A stretch of 64,000 nt of DNA from Chrysomallon squamiferum. Taxonomy: Eukaryota > Animalia > Mollusca. The stretch covers positions 19,406,001-19,470,000 of the forward strand of contig CM022679.1 of NCBI GenBank assembly GCA_012295275.1, read 5' to 3'. The position numbers and the translations under genes were made by a program. Below the pieces are notes generated by a model that did not search any database, was not told the origin of the DNA, and was given only the letters and a program-made list of their open reading frames with translations. Shown in pieces: positions 27,701 to 40,392 of this stretch. Positions within the stretch are counted from its first letter, which is position 1; each line of letters begins with the position of its first letter.

Positions 27701-30700
27701 TCTGATTTTATGTATAATATCAGGACTATATCAGCTGAAGACATCTTTCCATCCACAATAAAGATTCCAATACTGGATGGTAAATGATTTTAATTTTCCA
27801 TGTTTTCTGTTTTCATTGGTGATTTAATACGTGATCATTTTTACAACATCCGACTTGTCTCACTTCACCGAACATACGACACTGGTTACCATAACTAATT
27901 TGTTATAAATTCTTGTTTCGGTTTTCCTTTATGTGCGCAAGCGGTTTGTCCCAAGGAAGATAACTCTGGAGCATTCTAGTGAATCTGTGACTTACCGGTG
28001 CAAATAACTTAAAACCCTGAAATCTGTACCTACTGTTTCAGGTGTGACAATGGTACGTTCACACCCAGCGCTCTTGGAGTCATCAAATCAACGCTGCATT
28101 CAGAGTAAATTGCCTGGGACGCTACAAATCGTGTTCAAGCTGACGTGATTTTTTGAGGGTGCTTTTGATATATTCTTACAGTGATTTTTAAAATTCCATT
28201 CAACAAAGTATTCAATGAGTTTGGCTTATCTACGTCAATGATACTTGAAGCTATAAAATTCAGGTGTTACGATAGAGAATTTGTTTATCATTATATTTCT
28301 TTACAATTATTATTAATAAATAAAATGCAGATGTTTCATTTCTTATGCTGCGAGTAATACATTTCAGGACATCAAGTTTTAAATTAATTCAAAATATCAC
28401 CTAATTCTGGAATGTAATTGTGTATATAAAATCCATCTTGAAGGCTTTCATTTATAAAGGGGTGGGGACCTGCAGTTGCATTTTCTTCGTTTCTGTATAA
28501 ATATTAGATTCGCTACTGACCGGGCGATTTCATCTCAAAACTGGTAGGTACTAAATTTGTATTAGATTATATCTGTTATAAAACTAATAACGCAGTTGCA
28601 TGACAGAAAAATATCTTGAATCTCAAGTAATATATAGTTTTTGGATAAAGTTCGTCAGTACATTTATATTTAAATAAATAAATAAGATTTCAACACAGAA
28701 GTCATCTTGTGAGTTAAGGGATAAGTTATTAAAACGCATATATAAAAGTTTTAATTAAAGGAAATGAACGTGAAAGAATTTTTTTCAGCTAATTGAATAA
28801 GAAGCGCAAAGCATTGCGGTAGAAAGTTTCTTCTCTCGTAATTTGTGTTGTTTTTAACTAACTGGAATCACATAAATGCAATATTTCCTAGCGTGCCTAC
28901 AGATAAAAAGGCCCTTGAAGTAGTTTACATATGAAATGGATGGCTGAGTCTAATAGTCATTAATGCAAAAGGTAATGAGGTATCATTAAGAAATCTTTCC
29001 TTCCTTCTTAATGCAACATGAATGGGAAGTATTTGCTGTATTGGGTGGAAGTGAAATTTTGAAATGAAATTACCTATCTGCATACTGAAGTTTGCTTTAA
29101 GAGAGCAGAAACACAACGAAGGGATTGTTTATAATTCGTCTATGTCCGTAGAGTTATTTTTTATTTCATCTAGCATGGGTATTACGTTGGTGGACGACTT
29201 ATAAGTTTTATTTTTTAATGTTATACATTACCGGTGCTATGATTTCATCCAAACCTGTCTTTGATCTAACATCTAAATGATTCCTTCATTTGTCTGAACG
29301 TCTGTACTTAACGGTCATTGTGTATGCTGCAGTTTGTATGTTAATTTTCGTTTCAAAACCTCATCTCAAACGAACAGTGATATCCAAACCAAATTAAGAT
29401 TTTATTGGCTGATTTTATCGATTAACATCAAAAGCACCTTTATATACACCTTCTCTTTGAAAAATTGGATGTACCGTGTAAATTTGTTTCACCTCGCCTC
29501 AGTAGAGCTCTATAACCATTGATTTACCAGTCATTAAAAGGAGTAATTGAACATTTTATTTCTGACATAAATGAAAACTCCAAATAAATAAACAAACAAA
29601 CAAACAAGGAAATAAATAAACAAAAAAATAAACAAACTCATAAATAATTTTTTTATAAATATCTACATTTCATAATTGTATATATTTTAAATGAATGCTG
29701 GAAAGTGATAAAATTTTCACAGAAATATCATTTTATTACAATACAATTTGTTTAAAAGGAGGAAAGAAAAAGATTTTAAAGTTTGATATTATTTGTTTTT
29801 AAGAACAAATTCTGGCTTTTTATATTTTGGTCTCTCCTTTCTGCCAAATCAAATTAATTGGCCATAATGGAACGTTACAGATTTGTCACGTAATTTCTTC
29901 TTTTTGATAACATATCTAAAATTTGATACAAAATCGTTAATACTAGAAGAAATAAAGAAGAGAAAGAGAAAGAGAGAGAAAAAAAACATCTCAAGAAGCC
30001 AGTTTCAGATAATTCGAATATTTATTATGAGAAAGAAAAGATTAACGGTGTCATTTTCATACCGTGTATAGACGACAGTTATCTTAATCGAGAGAATGCT
30101 GGGTAATCCGAGATGCAGAAGAGAAAAGAGACGAGTTATATTTTGATTGGTTTGTGATCGCAGACGACTGCTACTATAGACGTGCCGCCGTTGGCGAGGC
30201 GTGAAGTTAGGGATATACAGACGATATTCCTGTTTGTTGTGACATACTCAATGTCGCTCAGGTGAAACCGGCCACGTAGGGGGCACAAAACAGTGCGATA
30301 GCTTACACGTTTTAAACGTTTAAATGCTAGATGATGGTGGCAGGGGAAACATATATGTTATTTCTGTTGGAGCACAAAGCCAGAATTTTCTCATTGAGAC
30401 ATGATTTGATATTTTCTAGCAATACTCGAAACTGTAGTGTGGGAACGAGTCGTCGTGTTCTTGTCGATTAAAAATGATTTCTTTCTTCCTCTACTCGGCG
30501 AAAAGAAACTTGGAAGATTCGTATCGAGGAGTAGCTCTGCTGCCTGCCTAGATATATGTGAGGTGTTGATTGTTAAAGCCGCAGGTGCTCTCCAGTGTAT
30601 TGTGTTGTACTGGAGTGAGCCGTCGTGTTACCAACAACTCAACGCGGTCGCTTCTGTTTCTCTTATAAGCATTGTACTGACATTAGACAAGCGGCAATTT

Positions 30701-30946
30701 CAAAGTGACCAGGTGTTACAAACAACGGTGAATGAAAAAGAAGAAGAAGAAGCACAAATCGACTTACTGAAGGGATACCTTTTATTTTCTTTCTAAAATT
30801 ATAATAATAATAATAACAATAAACTTCGACACCTTACTGAGTGAATCCTCGGTAATTACCACATTGTTAGTCTTTATTATGTATTCATGCCACAGCAAAT
30901 CTGATTAACTAGACCTGTTATGGGGGAGAGAATGGTCCGTCACGGT

Positions 30947-30953
30947 TATAAAG
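30947..30953 (+). promoter_or_regulatory. TATA box of ADMP
   Basis: TATAAAG about 100 bp upstream of the first in-frame ATG (31049). Confidence 0.55.
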
Positions 30954-31048
30954 ACCCCTTGCGGTTTGAGTTGGACGGATTATAGGGTGTTCCACAGGGC
31001 TATTTTTAAACTTGGTGTGATTTTCTTTTGAGCAGTCCCACAGCAAGC

Positions 31049-32662
31049 ATGAAATTCGGCGACACCGCCAGACATACTGGCGCCTCCAATTTTCCCATGT
31101 TTTGGACAGCTTTTGTTCTCCTTCTGCAAGTGGTAGGGAGCCGGGCTGCGAACCGACACAACCAGACGACAGGCTCGAACCCTTCGGATGCTATAAACAG
31201 ACTTTCCAAACTGTTCGGATTTTCTCGGATTCCTGCAAGAATATTTCACCGTTCTCCTCCTCAGTACATGACGGAACTGTACAATACACTGACGGACAGT
31301 GGCGGACTTACTAAACAATCCAGCCCGTATGGAGCCGATGTCGTCCGAAGTTTTCCAGACAAAGGTAAGTCCACAACTTCTCCGAATTTTTAATTGTTTT
31401 CGAAAATCTGTTACCCACCTTGGGGTAGTTAGAGAATCGAGTGTCGTTTCTACTACTTTATCACTAACACCGAACTTCACATTAGTTTAGTATTGATGAC
31501 GAAATGGAAATAAATTAAATGTCAAATCTAATTCATTCTTTCTTTCATTAATTCCTTATTCCATCCCTCCTTCCTCACATTCATTTATCTGTTCATTCAT
31601 CAATCCATACAAGTTGCATTTATACCTTTATTGTTTCATTTTAGGATTAATGAATTATTTTAACAAACAGCCACACAAAAGAAAATAAAACGCAATTTTT
31701 ATTCAGCTGTATTTTGATGTTGCAGTCTGATCAAATAAAAGTATAATAATTCATTTCTAAAATGATGTATTATATATTTATCAAAGTTGTCTAATTTGTA
31801 AAAAGGCAGTTGTTTCCGATCATAACTGAAATTTAGAGGCAGAAAAAAGAAGACAAAAGCCAGATATAATAAAACAATGTTACTAATATAATAGATAACA
31901 TGCCAAATTATATTCTTAATTGTTTAATATTTCACACATACAGCAAAACAGTGGCTCGTAAGCAACCTGGCAGTTTGTAGATTGCGAAATTTCCATTGAA
32001 ATGAAACTAGTATTTTTTTGTTAAATTAACGGCTTCAACTACTACACTAGGAGATTTGTTAACGAAGAGGCGACATTGCAGCACAGCCAGCCAGGTATAA
32101 CATAATAAGTCTGTAACTTCAATGTAGGTCTTTAGATTTGTTTCGTCGTTCGAATACATCTCATTTTGCAGGGTTTCAAAGACGATTTAATGTAGTGATG
32201 TATGAAATGAAACCAGTGAAAAGACCATCACGACCACACAGTCTTTTGTTGTAATTTTGTTACTTATATGAACCATGTTTCCAGGTGACTTGCTTTCCAC
32301 CTGAAAAAAAGTAGCCTTTTTTATCGTAACTTTGTCGATCGAACAATACTATTTGTTGTTTGTATCAAAACCTTGAATTTAATGTGTTTTTAACTAGAAT
32401 GTATGTATACATTTATTTCTATTTATGTAATAATATACGCTTTGAAATTCATTTTTAAAAGTTTTCCTATTTCTGGTCCACATTAATATCTTTACATTTT
32501 CAAAGGTATAAAACGTTTAGGTATTTTTAAATTAATATTTTTATATAGTTGTTATTTTGGTATTAATTGAGATAGTAGCTGTAGTCTTAGCAGTGGCATT
32601 AGCCATAGTTCTGGTAGTAGTAGTAGTAATAGAACTAGTAGTAGTAGTAGTAGTAATAGAAC

Positions 32663-32758
<96 letters not shown>

Positions 32759-33659
32759 CAGCAGCAGCAGCAGCAGTGGTGATGGTGGTGGTAACGGTAG
32801 CTGAAAAATGAATTAAACTAAAATTAGTTTGTTATTAATATGAAGTGAAATGTGTATGTGGGAGGGTATTTTTATTTTTTATTAATCTCTAATGATGACA
32901 ATGATAAATAAATGTTAGTAAGTTATTTGATGTGACCGTAGATGGGTTGAGTATTATATATATATTTCACAAGGAAATACCTTAATTAAGATCCTAATTT
33001 TTGTTTAAATTTGCTGGCTCACAGTTTTTATAAACAAATACATGTTTTAAATGGAGCTCTACATTTCAAATGTGATCGATAAAGACATGCTTAAATAAAC
33101 AAATTTAACAAGGAACAATAGGGACTTGAGTAATATTATATCAAATCGAAACAAAAGTCAAATTTATATTCCAGTTCCAGTCATTACTTATGATAAAACG
33201 CCTTTAGCCTTCTGAATTTCTTACAATTTAAACAATAGTTGTTGTTTTTTTACCATCGGTATTGTTATATATTATGTATAATAACAGATATCTTTTCTCA
33301 CCTGTGCAAAACGGGTAATAAAAATGCAAAGAGGTTAATGTTATTGATCAGTAATGTATTGATGTGGTGTGGGTGTTTTATTTAGGAGCACCCAGGTGTA
33401 AGAATTAATAAACACGTGCACAACAAGAGTGTTTACTTGAATAATTTATTATACAGTTAGTTTCTTTTTAACGCATTCTCTTCACCATTGTCCCCGGATT
33501 ATATCTGTAAATGGCGGATTATAACTGTCAGTGTTGATGACCGTAAACCCAACCCGCTTTGACATTAATCCATTTTTAATCCCCAGTTTTGAATCCACCG
33601 AACAAATGTAATTTGTTCATTTGTTTTATTCAAAGGATATCTTCTTCTTCTTCTTCTTG

Positions 33660-33731
<72 letters not shown>

Positions 33732-34836
33732 GTTGTTGTTGTTGTTATTAGTTATTAATAGTAGTTCTGATGGTTGCAGTTTACAGCACTAATGATGCGG
33801 TAGTAGTGGTTATTGTATTAGTAGTAGTAGTATTGCCAGTGGTAGTAGTATCAGGCAATTAATTAAAATATTATTAAATGTAAATTATAATTAAAATGTA
33901 TTTCATATAATGCAGTAAGTCAAAACATTTCGACCATACAGGGCATCTAACATTATCAGGATGGATTGACAAGAATTTGGACACACATATCATTTTTTTT
34001 TAGATATGTCATTCAGCTCTATATTAGTTATTTTTTAATAACTATTATAGTGAGCATGTCTCGGTTTCTATACAGAAGAGAAAGTAGCAGTGGTAAATAA
34101 AGCCGGGTTTTCCTTTACCTCTGCACAATATGATAATGTTTTGATTTGTGGATTAAGAGCAAATTTGATCTAAAGCGGCTTTTCCTGTAGATTCCAAACA
34201 CAGGTGTTAGCTTCTGTTGTATTTAACACGTGGCATTCAAGGGCAGACATGGGGCTGGTGGTTGTTGTGAAATAATTGTTTTGTGCTAACGTTGATTCCT
34301 ATATTACTAATGCACATTTAAAAATGAAGGAAGAGGCTGCATGTAATTGATATATACAATGAGACATTTGTGTGTATCTATAACCCCTCCCTATTTAAAC
34401 AACATCTACATAATAACAATAAGGAAAATAAAGCTCTGTTATGGATCCACCCTTTAGTAATAGCTGTAACCTCATCTTAATGTAAAGAACACCTGCGTGG
34501 CAATGTGTTTTTACGTCCAGCCACTTTTGCAAGTACTTGTACTTATTTTCACCTGTCCTGATTAGCTTGTATACACACACACTATACATCAATGGCCTTT
34601 TCTATCTTTGGTGTTTTTATCTTTACCTTTTATCTTGCTGTAAAAAGATACATAATCCGTTTGCTGAGGGAAATATTGTGGAAATTAAAAGCAAATTTAC
34701 AGCAAGAATATATCCGACAATAATAAATAGAACAATTAATTAGAAATGTAAAACGAAAGTATATTAATTTTATCACTCTGATGCAACGACAAGTATATTT
34801 ATAGTGGAGATTTAATAAAACAATAAAAAATAAGGA

Positions 34837-34874
<38 letters not shown>

Positions 34875-34920
34875 TAAACTGAAATCATTCGAAATATTAA
34901 ATTTTAGTTCATTTTTTATT

Positions 34921-34976
<56 letters not shown>

Positions 34977-35722
34977 TTTAAAGTAACATTTAGTATTATC
35001 GGATAAAATAAATTTAATTTTATATTACTAATTGTAATATTTTTAAATAGCATGTTGTCATCTTGTCATTTAACAACATACTTAGCGACACCCACGACGT
35101 AACATACACGACCTCTGCAGCACAATGAAATCGTTTAAGATGTTATCGTAACTCTTTTCAAGACAGCAATAGATACATCTGAGATAAAACTTTAAGTAAA
35201 CACATTATGTGACAGCAAAATCCAGCCTATCTGATATAGCAGAAACGTAATAAAAACCTAAGCGACCGTGATGAAAAAAGAAAAACTTGAAAATGAAAAA
35301 AGAAAAAAACAACAACCGGAGAATCTGACCTTTGTTGTTGAAGCTGTCAAGTGAATACATTCCTTAGAAGCCTATTTCCTTTACGATATCGGTTATAAAG
35401 AAGAAGATAAAGAGGAAAAAAGCTGTATGGGGCCACTTAGACTATATCTTGTCCTTTAATCATTCCTATATTGTAAGATGATACTATTTACTTTTTGTTC
35501 CACCTTTGGTCCGGGTAGCACTTAGAAAAATAAGTTATCTGGAATTCTGTTACCAGAATAACACCTCTGACAGAAACCTACTCATCTGTCCCCTCCATAT
35601 ATTTCTAAATATGAATTTAAAATAAAGTAATAATAAAAACAGAAGTATCTAGTGTGTAGCCTATGGCTATAGTACTGTAGTCATCATCATCAGCATCATC
35701 ATCATTATCATCATAATCATCG

Positions 35723-35762
<40 letters not shown>

Positions 35763-35894
35763 TATTATTATTATTATCATTATTATTATTATCATTATTA
35801 TTTTTGTTATTATTATTACATAAAATACCTGTAAACAAAATCCACAATTTCTGCGTTTTAAAATTAGCAACAGAAATGTGTTTTTTTTTAAATG

Positions 35895-35936
<42 letters not shown>

Positions 35937-38900
35937 TTTTTTTGTGTGCTATTTATAGATAGATAGATACATACATACATACATACATACATGGATGTGT
36001 GTTATAAATCTAATACCTTTATCATGTTTGTTGGTCGCTTAGATGAATAAATAAAATGTCATCAAATTAGTGTCCAGATGAATTTATATTTAAGTATAAA
36101 ACTGAAAGGTGATAATCTTCTTATGCACGTAACATTGTCAGTTACGAAGAGTTGATTAGCTGGGTAAGTAAATGGATATCTAAAGTTTTATAATAAGAAT
36201 CGTGACCAGATTTCTTTCTCATTTGGTATTCTGTTTTCTAGAACTTTTCGTTAATAAATAATAAGCAGCTAGCAAACACAGGTGTCAAATTCGCTAGAAA
36301 CAAGCACAATGCACGTAATCTAGCCACTCAAACTGCCATCCCTTATCATGAAGAATACAAATTTAAAAGTTTTTTCCTTGTGTTTCATCAAAAAATGTCA
36401 CTGCAATGGCCTCTGAACACGCAAGGTTTTGTTTGAAATGACCTTTAATTAATGCTTTAAATATTGAAGAAATGCATCTAAATTACAAAGACTTTTTATG
36501 ATAGTAATCTTTATAGATCAGTTAATTTAGAAGAACTTAAGGAAATCTTGTTTTATTTAGCAGTCAAATATATGGTTTAAAATTATTTTATTTAACAATA
36601 TATGGTCAAATATATGGTTTAAAATTATTTTATTTAACAATATATGGTCAAATATATGGTTTAAAATTATTTTATTTAGCAATATATGGTCAAATATATG
36701 GTTTAAAATTATTTTATTTAGCAATATATGGTCAAATATATGGTTCAAAATTATTTTAATTAGATAGATTATTCTTGTTGACTGTAAGTTTTGGACAGTG
36801 GCTGAAACAGGGAACAGTTGTGTGGGTTTTACGACAAGGATTGATCGCACATCCTGTCACATCTCAGACACTCAGAACTGATTTAAAATAGTTCCATATT
36901 TGTTTGTTTTAACTACCTTGAATATAAATCTGTTTGCCTGTTGTTGGTTGCTGTGTATGTACGTATGTTTACTGACAAAGTTTACAGTCCATTTACAAAT
37001 ATTTCGATAACCGAGACCCTTGATTTTCTGAACAGAGAACGCGAATAAGTCTATTTAGATTCTTATAAATATTTTACCTATATTTTATACAGCTTCATAA
37101 CGAAGTACTATAACATGGACAAAGCATTTATGTGAAGAACATTAGATTATGTAAATTATCGACAATAACAATGATTTATAGATTTGAAGTTCACTGGAAC
37201 GTATAATGTTACAAAATGGCGAAATAACATCACTGAATTTTTCACAGTACATCTATTCAGTAACAAACAAACTGTTAATGTACAGAAGAAAAAAGATTTA
37301 CAAAAAAAAAAAAAAAAAAAGGAATGAAAAAGAAAAAAGGAAAGAAAAAAGAAAAGAGGAGAAAATATAACTTTAAACTGAGTTTATAATAAAGATTTTT
37401 TAAACAAAGTCTGCAACATTATATTTTGGTACATTGCGTTTATCTTCAAATACAAATTTTTTGACAAGATATAAATTTGACAAACTATAATGTACGAGTG
37501 TTAAATTAATGAAGCGACATAATGTATGCAACCCCCTGTGATGATTTATGTATCGAACGACCCGCGCTGAACGGAAGCTGTCGTTGCCTTGCGATAAACC
37601 AGTATCATCATATGATCTGCTCACGATTGTTGTCGATGTCGTTAACACCAATGCCTGCACTGCAGAGCATAGCTATAAATCATTTCGTACAAGTGCCTTT
37701 TATTTGATTCATAACTTAACTAGATTAGATCATAAGCAGTGTTTTAACTGCTAATGAACAGAACATTATTTCTCTATACGCTAGCTTTTAATTTTAAGAG
37801 AATTTTATAATTTTTTTGTATTTAACAGCATATTTATATTTCAATTTATATTTCAAATTAACAAGCGGCCTACGTTACAATACCTTTATATATATATACT
37901 AATTTTTAATCTTATCATAAATAATCCTTGATCCGGAATATTTAAAACATTGTTGCTGAATATAGTCGAATTCTGACAAAAGTTAAAACAATACAATAAT
38001 CTTCCGCCTGGTGCAAGCTGGCGGGCGGGAAGTGCCAAGAGTATTACTTGCACGTGCTCGTGTAGATGTTATCTGAGCCTGTCAGTTTTATCGGAAGATC
38101 CAAGTCTAAACAGAAAGATCTAAATTAATAAATGATACTTGTTATAGTGCTTTGCCCCAAAAATGTCAAACAGAAACTTTCTAAAACAACAGAAAATGTT
38201 TTCCATATGAGAAATTTCCCTGCAGCAGATTCCTTAATCTAAAATATGGGATGTAAAAACTTTATTTGGGAGGGCAAACGTAGAAGCGATTTATTTAGTA
38301 ACAGATGAACAGAAATTGTTGGGGAGGGGCTGAAATATCCTACAATAATTCCACTGGATGTTCAAAGCAGAAGAACCCTTCAAGCAGCCTTCCCAGCCTG
38401 ACATAAACACTCTATTTCTTTCCATCTGTATAGCTAACCACAATCTTTCAACTTGCGAATAAAAACCACAAAAAGCCAATAGAAGCCGTATGAAATATCC
38501 GTTTTAAAAGATTATCTTTAAGACGTTTTCATTCCAATAATACACGATATTTGTAAACAGGGAGACAAAAGATTATTTCTGCGTCGTCTTAGAGCGTTGT
38601 TGTCGAACAAATCGAGCCACCTGTAGCCTGTTCAGCAACTGTCAAATACCTGCTCTCTGTCCCGCCACTCCGGCCCGCCTCCCATGTCAAGTGGAACACC
38701 TGATTTTTAGCGGGTTTTGTGACTCGAGGACTCCGTCGAAAACCGTCTCTGGCTACAATAGATCAGTCGAACCATGAAAAACAGAATTAGCCCTATTAAC
38801 TCCACATGCTGTTATTGGTTTCTGATATAGAAGTCATCTGATTTCTGTTTGTTCGTGTCACATCGATCCGAATTATAAACATATATATAGAATCGTACAT

Positions 38901-40018
38901 TTATATCCAAATTATCTTTTTCACAGAAAGCCTATATTTAATATGAAAAAGAATACCCGTTGTAATACCAGTAACTTTACAAAGGACATTCAATAATATG
39001 CAATGAAAGGTATTGCAGTATTGCATAATATAAACAGTTAACACCGACCACTCCAAAAAAACACACACACACACACACACATATTATATAGTAACTGTCA
39101 TTTTTACGATTATTTAACTTAAGTGATGAAAAATAGTTATTTATGTATTGGCCGTTACTAAAGTTGAAAGTAGTGATGCCATGGAGAATTCAGTCCATAA
39201 TCTGCTAGAGATCAAGTCATTTATTTTTATTTATTTATTTTTTTAAACGAATGACACTCAAAAGAGAATATTTATTATTTTCTATACCATCAAAAATACC
39301 TCACCTTTATATGACAGGTAAAATTGTCATTTTACTAATAATTAATTTGATCTTGTAACAGGCATAATTCAGCATATGCTGTAGTTTTTCCGTAACTAAT
39401 AGTTTGAATAACGTGTATATGTTTACAAAGTAAAATAATGTTATAATGTTATTTCTTCAGTTAATTATTGGTTTTTGAAAATTCTAATGGCTGTTTTTTT
39501 TTGTTTTTTTTTTACATATCATTTAATCTATTCAAAAAAAAAAAAAAAAAAATTGTTAACGTATTCTTCCATGTAAATTGAGTGAGTATTATTCTGCATC
39601 ATATAAACATCAATAACTAAATATTACAAAATGAAATATCTGCTGCGACACGAGAAATATGTGGATCGTCTGCTTGAAAAAACATATTTGAACAAAGTAT
39701 GGATTATATACATTTTAAACCAAATATCTGAAATGATAAATTAATAATAAAAGATACTCTCGCAATGAAACAGGTTATTTTATCGTTTTATCATTTTGTC
39801 TTGCTTTGTTTTTAAAAATACATTTATTTAATTTTTCAGATTCTGTTCATCAAATGCATTTCCACTACGACATATCTCGCTACAACAACAGTGAGAAAAT
39901 CCTTGAAAGTGAATTTCACATCTTCAAGATGCGTCCGAAACCTTCTCCAACACATGAAGCCAGACCTCCGCATCACATAGAGGTAATTTACATTCAACAC
40001 ACACACACACACACACAC

Positions 40019-40080
<62 letters not shown>

Positions 40081-40322
40081 CACACTAGGAAACAATACAA
40101 AAATACTACGCTGGATATGGATATAAAACACTGTTTGAAAATAAATTAATTATGCACTTTTAACAGAACTGTAGAGAATGTATCATCAACAAATAAAAAA
40201 CTATAACTTGAAAAGAAGACAGCATTTCAACAAAATATGATAATTTTCACTAAAAATTAATAAATAAATAAAATAAAATAAAACTGAATTGAGATATTAT
40301 CCTTAATGACATATCACACATA

Positions 40323-40392
<70 letters not shown>

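Noticed and set aside
28042-28145. Exon-like segment after TTTCAG as a candidate Pinhead exon
   Set aside because: All frames close quickly and lack the Cys pattern; more consistent with a regulatory island.
30437-30796. 119-aa ORF upstream of ADMP
   Set aside because: GTG start, no family motif; likely promoter or leader sequence.
30980-31480. 166-aa antisense ORF over ADMP exon 1
   Set aside because: Shadow of a GC-richer coding exon, with no recognisable motif. The same applies to the alternative-frame or antisense ORFs at 2863-3207, 9125-9599 and 54390-54593.
32557-32811. Hydrophobic poly-Val ORF (also poly-Leu 19506-19865, poly-Asp/Met 35617-35870, VCVC 39836-40075, 46450-46653, 60566-60772)
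   Set aside because: Translations of microsatellites, not genes.
36557-36850. 97-aa repetitive ORF (KIILNHIFDHILLN)n
   Set aside because: Product of the 42-bp minisatellite.
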